DNA from: Chiloscyllium plagiosum
Lineage: Eukaryota
Direction: 5' to 3'
NCBI RefSeq assembly: GCF_004010195.1
Contig: NC_057719.1
Span: 47,477,501-47,515,325, forward strand
Length of the DNA: 37,825 nucleotides
Shown here: one piece after another, positions 12,744-22,687 of the stretch
Position numbering within the stretch: position 1 is the first letter of the stretch
How the letters are laid out: every line of letters begins with the position of its first letter
Made by a program: the position numbers and the translations under genes
Notes under the pieces: model-generated
Database searches by the model: none
What the model was told of the DNA's origin: nothing
What the model saw: the letters and a program-made list of their open reading frames with translations, nothing else

Positions 12744-12836
12744 CTCCTGTTCCCTGGATGCTGCCTGACCTGCTGTGCTGTTCCAGCAATAAAGTTTCAA
12801 CTTTGATCTCCAGCATCTGCAGACCTCACTTTCTCC
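12711..12836 (+). mobile_element. ~126-bp PLE family B terminus insertion with target-site duplication
   Basis: Flanked by the direct repeat cccctcatattatt (12697-12710 / 12835-12848); begins with a hammerhead motif and ends with cagcatctgcagacctcactttctcc. Confidence 0.85.
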
Positions 12837-13884
12837 CCTCATATTATTGCCTATTTGAGCTATCTGAAGCTTCAGTTTAAAATATGGTCTCAACGTTTTG
12901 GAATCAGTAAGCAGGCATCAGCCCTTCTAATTGAGATGAGGAATTGAACTAAATCTGTTTTACTACTCTGAAAACACAATCAATTCAACAGAGCATTCAG
13001 TGATAACTCTACAAAGTATTTTTTAATGAAAATTCTACCCTAACAACTAGTTATTTTTGTTTCAATTTGTAGACCTGTTCGTACCTTATGTGGAGAATTA
13101 TATTTGGGAATCTAGAAATTTCAATTCTGTATTCAAGAGCAATATCTGGTAAAACAAATTATTTTGGGATTATAGTCTTATACTTGGGTAGTGATTAGTT
13201 ACGACTGCATATTTGACCGTCATGGGTAACTGATCAAAGGGTAACAACTTACTTTTGGGCCAATTCACAGGCAACACCGGTTTCTTTTCTGGAATCAGAT
13301 TTTGGAGAGAGATCAAGATCAGGGACAAGTATTTAGCTACTCTTCTGGATATTGCAAGCAGCCTGATGAAAAGCCAAAGTTGGATACCTAAAAGTGATTT
13401 AGGCAAATCCTTTTCAGCCATGCTTTGGGTTCAGACTCTGTTGACAAGATGGTTTTGATGTTCCCTTGTTGGAAGCCACTAAGGTTTATAATAGATAATA
13501 GTGGAGTCATTTCAGCCACGTTGAACCATATTGAGTTTCGGAACACATACTGTGTTCAGAATTGACTGAAGTAGACATCTAACCTCCAAGGTTTGGTCAT
13601 CTGGAATATTCATGATACCAAGACTGCCAAAAGGTGCTGCATTTGTTTTTTGTTTGATGTTTCTGGAAGCAGTCACCATCCTCCTTCTGTGTTCTATGGT
13701 AACCATTTTAAAACAGTCAGTTTAAGAAAAGTTCTGGGAAACAAACTGCCCCTGACTTCTGGAAATTACAGATCTGTAACTTAAAGATATCTACATTAAT
13801 TCTATGCTTGTAATCTGTCTCAATTGGCTTTTCATTAAGATAAGCTTTGAATTATTGTAATTCTGCTTTGCTATGGATACAGAT

Positions 13885-14540
13885 CTCCTAGTAGTTGTCA
13901 GGATGTGGGGTTGAAAATTAAATCAGGAGATATAAAAGGTATGTAAGAAAGACACTATTACAATAATCATGGGGGATCTTCCGTATTAGGTGAACAGGGA
14001 AAATTGGGTTCAGTCCCAATCGAAGGATTTCATTGGATGTCTGAGATGGTGTTTTTATTTCTTTCTTGATTGATTCATTGGTCAGTCCATCCATGGAATA
14101 ACCAATTTTGGATTGGATGTGTCGTGAGACAGACTTGATTAAGACCTGACAGTGAAGGAACCCTAGAGGGGAGAGGTCCTAATATGGATTGAATTCACTC
14201 TGCAATTTGAGAGGAAGAAGCTTGATACCGATGTCATTAGAATTGAGTAAATGAAACTAAAGACATGGAAGAGTTGGCCAGAGCTGATTAGACGGGGAAC
14301 CCAGCCGGGAAGACAGTTGAGCAGCAATGGCAGGAGTTTATGGGGATAATTTAGGAGACATAGCAGAAATTCAGAAGAAGAAACATGCTAAGGGGAGGGC
14401 TAGGCAACCATTGCTGAGTAGATAAATCTGAACATAAAAGCAAAAGAAACAAACATACAATGTGGTGAAGGTTAGTGGGAAGCCATTAAAAATCAGGAGA
14501 AGCCAAAGAAAAAGGTATTTGGTGGTTGGGGGGGCAGAAA
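13885..14540 (+). mobile_element. Old CR1 endonuclease-region fragment
   Basis: TITIIMGD.., ILDW..C, VKEPL.G..PNM.EFTLQFE, TVEQQWQEFMG, typical of the CR1 ORF2 N-terminal half. Confidence 0.7.
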
Positions 14541-14556
14541 TAAAGAATTGCCTGTA

Positions 14557-14665
14557 GCAAGTAATATTTGTGCCACTCAAATGACAGGCAATAACCATCT
14601 CCAATAAGAGACCATATATTCACTGCCTCTTGACATTCAGTAGTGCTCCCATCACTGAACCCATC
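14557..14665 (+). mobile_element. Short LINE RT fragment (CR1/L2 group, different family)
   Basis: QVIFVPLK*QAITISNKR resembles the post-RT W-x-x-x-F-x-x-x-K-C-Q-A-M-T-I motif. Confidence 0.5.
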
Positions 14666-15009
14666 AGTCTGGCCTCGACTGCTTGTCTAACAACAATTCC
14701 ACTATGCCAGTGTTCCCAGCAGAATAATCAATAACTTATTTAAGCTTCAATTCTGTGTAATTTCAAGTTATTGTTCAGTGAACCTTAGGATAGTGGTTCT
14801 TCAGTGGAGATCCACCAAAATTAACCAGATAATGTGTAGACAAAAATATATTAACTGCTTTCTACCTGGAAAAAATGCCTATAGCTGTTTGAATCTGTTT
14901 ACAAATCTCCATGAGATCACTATATTCTGGAAGTGATTCACTCTCTGAATAATTTGAAACATTTTGAATATGTCGAATGGTGGTTAATTCTTCTCTGCTA
15001 TTATCAGAC

Positions 15010-15170
15010 TTTGATTGGATCTCTCAAATGTTAATTCTGATCTCTCTCTGGCTGTAACACTATATTCTGCACTTTATTCAGCTACCCTCATGCACTTTCT
15101 ATGGTACGATCTGCCTGTCGAGCATGCAATAAAACATTTCATATGTGACAACAATAAATCAGTCAATCAA
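15010..15170 (+). mobile_element. Probable LINE 3' UTR fragment (Rex1/Babar-like)
   Basis: Ends in gtgacaacaataaatcagtcaatcaa, a short-repeat tail; family assignment from memory only. Confidence 0.35.
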
Positions 15171-15818
15171 GTTAAGGGGCCTTATGTGTCAACATGAGAT
15201 CAAATAAACTGAATCAGGCATGAGCACTCCACTGTGGAGATGAGTACCAGTGAGGCATTCAGCCATCTGAAGTTGTTTCTTCATGGCATTAAATAGTACA
15301 AATACTTTGAAGTAATATGTGAACATTTTTTTATTAATGTTTTAATTGACATGCAAATTTTTCTAATAGGTTTTTGATTTTGTATTGTTGCTCATTACTA
15401 GCAACAAGTTTTCCTTTACAGCAAAAGTAATAACTATATCTTTAATTATAAAATTTAATTCTTATACAAAGGTTTGTGCTTTGGAGTTTTTGGTGGCAAT
15501 CTTTGTAATGAGGGAGTGGGGTCTCAGAAGCAAAATATTGAGAACTGTCACCTTTAGAAGTGAACTTTTAATCCTCATCCAACTTAAACATTATCAAACC
15601 AGTGCACAGCACTTTATGCATACTTGTAATACTTAACAACAGGATGGAGAAGTTATCTTTAATAAAAAGACACATTATTGAATACTGAGTTAGAATTCAC
15701 ATCATCCAACCACTAATCAACATCACCAGAAATAAAACTTAAGCTTTGATCATTTAAGTGCTTTTTAAGTGAACCAGAACCAAAAAAATTAATGTTTCTA
15801 TGTTTTCACATTTTGCAG

Positions 15819-16334
15819 CATTCATTAACCAATGGCATCAAGAATCCAAGGACAAGGTGGTGATGCTTTTGCTGACCCATCTCCCATTATTGAAGCCAGG
15901 AAATATTGAGGCAAAAATAGAATACATGAAGCTTTTACCTAAGATCCTGGCTCATTCAATTGAGAACAATCAGCATATAGAGGAAAGCAGACAACTCTTA
16001 TCCTATGCTTTGATCCATCCAGCCACCTCATTGGAGGACAGAAATGCACTAGCCATGTGGCTCAACCATTTAGAGGACCGCACCTCTAACTATGGAAACC
16101 AGACCAGAGGACGTCCAGATTCGATGGATTTTGGGCAAACTCTTTATTATCACCAAAGACAGAACTCTGATGACAAGCTCAATGGTTGGCAGAGTCTACG
16201 TGATTCTGGGATCTGTGTGTCTGCTTCTAACTGGCCAGATAAGAACCAGGCTTGTGAAAATGGACATTTGCCACTTTATTCTTCTACATCTGTACCTACA
16301 ACAATTAACACTATTGGAACTAGCACAACCACAA
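15819..16334 (+). CDS. SAMD4A: Internal coding exon of SAMD4A (Smaug homolog 1), equivalent to mammalian exon 3
   Basis: Translates (x)[128 protein letters not shown], very close to vertebrate SAMD4A and more like A than B. Acceptor ttttcacattttgcAG (15817-18), donor GTAAGT (16335-40); 516 nt, phase 1-1. Confidence 0.97.
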
Positions 16335-16899
16335 GTAAGTATAAAATGCTGTTGTTTTTAAACATTTTGTAGTTTAACGTTTTACAGGCTTTTGAGAAAA
16401 TATATTCTAGAACTTTTAAAGGCAAAAGCTCTGTTTTAGGTAAATGTGGAATGTTGCTGAAGATTTTCATCTTGCACTTGTCAGGAAAATTTGCAGGAAT
16501 ACCAATGTAAGGGGGAAGCAACACTTTTACTATATAAAGTGAGAATGCAGATTGGTTGGCAAAACTACTCTGGTAGAAACGTTGCTAAAAAAAATATGCT
16601 AGTTAATAACTCTTAGCTGCCAAGCTTTGTTTAAATTTTAAAATTGGGTAGGTTGACTGTGGCTAAGGCATTGCCTTGAGAAATCAACCAGTGGCTTCCA
16701 CCATTTTGTTTTTATTTTTGAGTTGAAACAGGCAACTAGTATATACAAGTTTGTTCCATCTGCAAAGAACAGCATCTTGTATGTTAATATATGTAGCCCC
16801 CATACATTTTTGGCATGATTGCAGTATTTTTTGGGGGTGAACTACTCATCTGCATAGTAGTAGTGTGACATGGCTTGCATCAACTGTTGCTCAAATTTT

Positions 16900-17236
16900 G
16901 AAGATCCCTTACTCTTCAGAGTAATGAGTTAGCTAGTTCAACTCTCTTTCACGCTGTCACCATGCAGCACCAACACAGTTGGTGTTCACTGACAGGATGA
17001 CACCATCAAGCCCAAGGGCATTCTGAGCTCTTCACAAACTAATCCTGTAGTTTATGAATTTCAATGCTGGTGTGATGCCTGGTTAAACGCCCATATCCCA
17101 TAAATAAATTGAATGACTTATCCCTTTTGGCTGCTCACAGCAAGCAATGTACTGATTATGCCTAATCTATCTGACATTTGCAAAACCCACAATACACAAT
17201 ATCTGATGTGAGATGTGATGTTGCGATTAGTCAAAA
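16900..17236 (+). mobile_element. Old PLE GIY-YIG fragment (different family), resumes at ~18476-18560
   Basis: VVYEFQCWCDAW at 17048-17083 (GIY-YIG first strand), RCDVAISQ at 17210-17233, and HLLDNPV after the insertion at 18480. Confidence 0.6.
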
Positions 17237-18475
17237 ATTGTGGTGCTGGAAAAGCACAGCAGGTCCGTCAACATCCAAGGAACAGGAGAGTTGATGTTTA
17301 GGGCATCAGCCCTTCAGGGATGTGGGGGGTTTCCAAGGAGGCTGAGAGAGAACTGAGGTGGGGTTGTGGTTGCAGGGGGGTAGAAGACCAGGGAAAATTG
17401 AATATTTGAGAAGACAACTGCCAAGCCACCAGCATGTAAAAGGACTGCCTGAAAAATAGCTCTCTTAAAAAGGTACGTGTATCAATCAGTAACATGTGAA
17501 GCAGAATCCCCAAGAAGATTCTGAATCCCCAATATAAGGAGAAGGTAGATTGGAAGGTGATAGGTAGATGAAGATGGAGGGGGTGATGGGTTGGAGTGGG
17601 GGATGGAGCAAATAGGTGGGAAGGAAGGTGGACAGGTAGGACTGTTCAAGAGGGCAGTGAAGTAGACATTGATGCTGTGTACTTGGTGGGTCTCAAGGCG
17701 GGAGATGAGGCGTTCTTCTAGGCTTTGGGTGGCTTAGGATTTGATGGTGGAGGTGGCCCCGGACTTTGCATGTCCTTGGCAGAATGGGAGGGGGAGCTGA
17801 AGTGGTCTTCCACAGGGCAGTGGCATTGTTGGATGTGTCCCCCTGGAGATATTCTCTGAACTGTTCTGTAAGTTTGGCATCCTGTCTCCCCAACATAGAG
17901 GAGACCACATTTGAGAGCAACGGATATAGTAGGTGAGTTGTTTGGATGTGCAGGAAAATCTCTGGATGTGGAAGGATCTCTTGGGACCTTGGATGGAGGT
18001 GAAGGGGAGATATGAGCACAGGTTTTATACTTCTTGCAGTGGCAAGGGAAGGTGCCAGGAGTGGAGGGTAGGTTGGTGGGGGTGTGTGGCCCTAACGAGG
18101 GAATGGCGGAGGAAATGGTCTCTGCAGAATGCTGATCGTGTGGGGAGGGAAATTATATCTGTTTTGGTGGGATCAGACTGTTGGTGGCAAAAATGACGGA
18201 GGATGATATGTTGTATCCTGAAGTTGGTGAGGTGGAAGATGAGGACCAGGGCATTCTATCCTTGCAGTTGGAGGGACGGGATTCAAGGTGCAGGAACTGG
18301 CGGAGATGCATTGGAGGGTATTGTTGACCATGTGGATGGGGAAATTGCAGTCCTTGAAGTTGGAGGCCATCTGGGATGTTCTGGAGTGGAATTGCTCCTT
18401 CTGGATGGAGATGCAGCAGTGGTGGAGGAATTGGGAGTAAGGGATAACATTTTTACAGAAGTAGGACGGAGGGTG
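17237..18475 (-). mobile_element. Penelope-like element remnant (family B)
   Basis: Minus ORFs: HPPSYFCKNVIPYSQFL..EQFHSRTSQMASNFKD.NFP (PLE RT thumb) and KLTEQFREYL / LEERLISRL (GIY-YIG); family B terminus with decayed hammerhead at 17240-17320. Confidence 0.85.
17379..17516. repeat. ~140-bp dispersed repeat, inverted copy of 27826-27964
   Basis: Reverse complement aligns base by base; the ORF track gives near-identical peptides (MGILLH.LLIDT.TF.RELFF.QSFYMLVAWQLSSQ) at both sites. Confidence 0.9.
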
Positions 18476-18835
18476 CAAACATTTGCTGGATAATCCAGTG
18501 TATGAACAGTTGCACTCGCAATCAGTTTAGGATTATAAACCATTCAATGATTCGCCTTTCAGACAACCTCTTGACTGTTTAGTATTAACTACTTGGTTTT
18601 AAAATATAAGTAAAGCTTGGAATTAGTTGTCAGTCATCATTAACATCTCTACAATCCAAATCCTCTTATCTATCAATCAGCATTTTCCCTTCATAAAGGA
18701 TGTTGGTTTCCTCTTTCATTGGTTTTCTTGTAAATTGTCCTAATGAGTGCAAGATGAAAAACTTTAACAAACTGCTTTTTTTTTCAGGAATACTTCAGTT
18801 CTGTGCTACCAATTGACTAAGTTAACCACTTCAGA

Positions 18836-18970
18836 AATTCTGAAGAAGAGACATACTGGACTCAGTGTCAACTCTGTTTCTCTCCACATATGCTGCCAAG
18901 CCCACTGAGTTTTGACAGCAATTTGTTTGGTTTAGATTTCCAGCATCTACAGTATTTTGTTTTTATTTGA
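18836..18970 (+). mobile_element. PLE terminus fragment (family A-like) with decayed hammerhead
   Basis: ttCTGAAGAaGAGACatactgGACTC..gtcaactctgtttctctccac..atgctgcc..ttccagcatctacagtattttg. Confidence 0.65.
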
Positions 18971-19577
18971 CTACATTAATCCATTGCTAAAAGAAAATTT
19001 CAGACATCTGCATTTTTCAGAATCTTGTGTGTTCAACAAATTCGTCCTGAGAGGATAAATGTTAGAAAAGCAAACTCAAACTGTTTTGCACTTGTTTATA
19101 AATGGTACACAAGTGCCATATTGTTCACTTAATGTATTTTTTTAAAATGCTTATGACTGCATGTATATTTTCCTGCTGATACTTTTGGTTTGTATTCCAA
19201 AGACTGCTACATGATATAAACACCTTCGTTCTTCTGGTTCTAGTTTTTGCCAAGGAAAATTTGAGTGATTTGAATTGGAGATAATCATGGTTTTTCCTTC
19301 CTGCTTCAGGTTGTGGCTTGGAGTTGCAAAAACTTCACATTTACACAAGTGCAATTTCTATAGTTTACAAGACCTCTGGTCCAACAAAATAATGCAATCT
19401 TTGATTAGTTTGCCTTTTGTAATTAATATCTAATGATTCAAACCTGGTATGAAGAGTTACTGGATTTTTCAGTTAAAGTTTGCATTGCACTACAGATGTG
19501 CACAGTTAGGTACTTGAATGTGAAATGAATAAATATCCTAGTAATTCAAAGGTTGAAATTTATAGAGTAGAGGCCCT

Positions 19578-20021
19578 ATGTTGGACTGGGATGAACAAAG
19601 TCAGAAATCGCATGACCCCAGCTATAGTCCAACAGGTTTATTTCAAATCACAGGCTTTCAGAGCATAGCCCCTTTGGGTGAAGTGAGAGGGAAGTACACA
19701 AAACACCCCAAAGTATGGGCAGAGAGATCAAAAGATCATACAAATGGTGTGAGTGGAGTGTTGAATAATAAGTCTCTGCAGGTGACCAAAGGTGTTAGTA
19801 TGAGTAAAATTTCAATAACTGAATAACAACCAAAGGGATAACCAATAATCCAAATAAATGGTGCCTCCGTTCACACCATTTGCATGATGTTTTGATCTCT
19901 CTCCCCATAAACTGTTGTATGTGCTCCCCTCTCACTTCACCTGACAAAGAGGCTATGCTCTGAAAGCTAGTGCTTCCAAATAAACCTGTTGGTATATAAC
20001 TGGTGTCGTGTCATTTTCTGA
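19578..20021. mobile_element. Fold-back PLE family C mini-element
   Basis: Arms ~19599-19758 and ~19865-20021 are inverted repeats; hammerhead-like motif CAC-CTGACAA-..-GAAA-GC-TA-GTG at 19938-19972. Confidence 0.8.
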
Positions 20022-20059
20022 CAAGATTTATGGAGCAACTTCCTTCAAAGATAATGAGT

Positions 20060-20150
20060 TAAAAAATCACAACACCAAGGTATAATCCAACAGGTTTATT
20101 TGGGAGCACTAGCTTTGGAACACTGCTCCTTCATCAGGTGGTTGTGGAGT
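20060..20150 (-). mobile_element. PLE family C terminus with hammerhead motif
   Basis: Reverse complement CAC-CTGATGA-A-GGAGC-AGT-GTTCC-AAAG-CTA-GTG (20107-20140); G of GAAA missing. Confidence 0.75.
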
Positions 20151-21119
20151 AATGGTGCTACGTCCCCATAGAGACTGAACTTTGAAAAAGAGAAAGTGAC
20201 ATAAGCTTTTCAGTGGTACAAAGAATTGTAGGAGACTTCAATTGCAGCACACTAAAGTCAATGCTGTCTTAACATTTCTCAGGGAGCTAATACAAGCTCC
20301 AGAGAGGGTTTTCCTTCTAAACTTATTCACATAACTGAAATCCCTGTGCCATGTTTTACACATCACTGCCCACTCAGCAGAAGCATAATCTTGTGTATGA
20401 AGTCCCAAGATTCTGTTAGGATCTCTTTTCCTCTTCTCACGAGATTGAATCCAAATATGTCCTTAAAGCCTTTTACTTAACCTTCTAAAAAATAGTGAAC
20501 CTCCAGTAAAAAAAAAACAGACTGGCAATTCCTTAGTTTTTAGCTCTGCATAAACTTTGTTTCTCCAAACTTTGAATCCAACTTCATCAGCATCCTGCTT
20601 GGTGACCAACCAAAAGCAGTTCTGTTCTCCTGCCTGATATAGCAGCACCTAATTCAGTTGTCTTTCTTAAAACAGTCAATCTGGCTACCTCTGTCTGAGG
20701 ATAGCTTGCCTCTTCTTTTATGTTGTGGTGTTAAAGTTTGCACATTGTTCCAGGCCTCCATACCTATGAAGTCCAGGTCAGGTTATTTCTAAATAGATTT
20801 CTTAGGTCACATCCTATCTTCAATCTACTTCATTTTACCTTTTTAAAATATAACAGTCTTGAGTCCAGCATTCATAATAGCGGAAACAGTTAATTTGCAT
20901 TTTAATGAATCAATATTATATCTATTTCTGCAGATAAGAGAATTAATGGTAAATTATTAATTTTAAGGCTTAGTATGCTCGAATACTTAGTGACTGTAAC
21001 CATGCTTCCTGAAGCTTTGCACAACTGCGCTGGTTCCTGGGCATGAATGGATCTGTATTCGTGACCATTCAGTTTGAAATGATTAATCAGCAACTTTCCC
21101 CTCATACTACATGTGACTT

Positions 21120-21990
21120 GGTAGCATTGTGAACTATGAGGATAATAGTGATAGATTTAAAGAGAACTTAGGTTGAAATGGATGGATGTGTGGTGCCATT
21201 TAATGGAGAGATATGTGAAGTGGTGCGTTTTGGAAGTGAGATCAGGAATTATGGAATAAAATATTTATTTTAAATCTACCTGATCACGGTGGACTTGAAC
21301 ACTGGTCTCCTGGCTCAGTAGGGATACTGCCCACTGTGCCACAAAAGCCCTCTGAATAAATGGTGCAATTTCAGAACTAGCAAACCCCATCAGGAGTGTG
21401 TGCACAAAGTAGAACAGACTGAAAAGATGGGAAAATAGACCTAGGATCGAGGGCTTTCTAGAGATTTGGTGAGCAAAACAAAGCCATTTTGCTCATTTTT
21501 ATAAATCATTTGTTCGATCCCACCAGAATCAGTGTTCGATTCTAGTAGTGCACTTGAGGAATGATATGAAGATCTTGAGCCTTTTCTGCACTCTCTCAGC
21601 AAATTGGTCAAAGCTTGAGAGACTTCAGTTGCTTGGAGAGAGTAGAGAAGCTGGGGCTGCTCCCTAAAAAGAAAAAAATTAAGAGGTGATTTGATAGCTG
21701 TGCTCAAAATCAAAACACAATGGAGGGAACTGTTACGTTGGCAAAATGTTAGAGAGCCAGAGCACACGGAGGTGAATAGCAAAAACACTAACTGCGATAT
21801 AGGGAAGAACTTCTTTGCAGTAAATGGTTAGGATCTGGAATGCATGGCCTCCGTGTTGGAAGCAGATTCAATCATATCTTTCAAAAGGTAAATTGCTCAG
21901 CACATGGTTTCAGGACTATTGGGAATGGAATGGAATGGAAAGAGAAGGAGAGTGGGAATAGCTGAGCTGAATTTCTGAAAATCTGGCACA
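21120..21990 (+). mobile_element. Old fragmented CR1 3' region
   Basis: EICEVVRFG, LEKLGLLP..KLRGDLIAVLKI, KNFF..MVRIWNA. Confidence 0.6.
21265..21350 (-). mobile_element. Short tRNA-like SINE head
   Basis: Reverse complement gggcttttgTGGCACAGTGG (A box) ... GTTCAAGTC (B box). Confidence 0.6.
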
Positions 21991-22396
21991 GAAACAGTGA
22001 TGTTATACAATCAGTGGTGGTAGAAGGTGAGCTACATAGGTCTTGTCTATTTATTCCTGTGCTCTACTCTTATGAAATAGCCCACCACCAAATTTGCAAT
22101 CTAATTTGATCAAAATGTTTTGCACTAAGTTATAATCACTGATAAGAATATAATCATAGTTAGACACACAAACAACCCCACAAATTGGAAGTTTCAATAT
22201 TAGGGTTATCTATATTTAATCACCAGAACCCTTCAGCACCCATGATTTTGCTGATGACTACTGTGCTTTTAGTCATCACTTGTAATCCTATCTTCTGCAC
22301 AATGTCTAAAATTCCCTTTTCTTTCTCTTGATCAGCCAAAACCTGCATCTTTTTCTGAGCTCTCAGTCACTCTATGGTAAACAAACTAAAACCTGC

Positions 22397-22590
22397 TAGG
22401 AGAAAGTGAGGACAGATGTTGGAGATTAGAGTAGAGAGTGTGTTGCTGGGAAAGCACAACAGGTCAGGCAGCATCCGAAGAGCAGGAGAATTGACGTTTC
22501 GGGCATAAGCCTGATGAAGGGCTGATGAAACGTTGACTCTCCTGCTCTTCAGATGCTGCCTGACCTATTGTGCTTCCCAGCAACACAACG
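22397..22590. mobile_element. Fold-back PLE family B mini-element with TSD
   Basis: ~60-bp inverted arms 22439-22500 / 22527-22587; centre made of two truncated head-to-head hammerhead motifs; flanked by aaaacctgc (22388-96 / 22591-99). Confidence 0.85.
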
Positions 22591-22687
22591 AAAACCTGCA
22601 GCAGTTTAAAACATCAGCCCTTCCTTTCGCAGAAAGTCAGTTGGCGTAGTGAATGTCATTGTCATTAGCCTTGAAATTAGTCAGTTT

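Noticed and set aside
15800..16372. 190-aa ORF as a complete single-exon gene
   Set aside because: The ATG at 15800 and the tail [11 protein letters not shown] are intronic; homology is bounded by the AG at 15817-18 and the GTAAGT at 16335
17298..17513. Duplicated small protein gene (similar peptides at 17298 and 27829)
   Set aside because: Non-ATG starts, similarity limited to the 140-bp DNA repeat, no coding evidence
22439..22587. pre-miRNA or DNA-transposon MITE
   Set aside because: The arms match Penelope-like 3' termini elsewhere in the window, the ends are asymmetric and TSD lengths vary between copies, unlike cut-and-paste MITEs; no expression evidence for a miRNA
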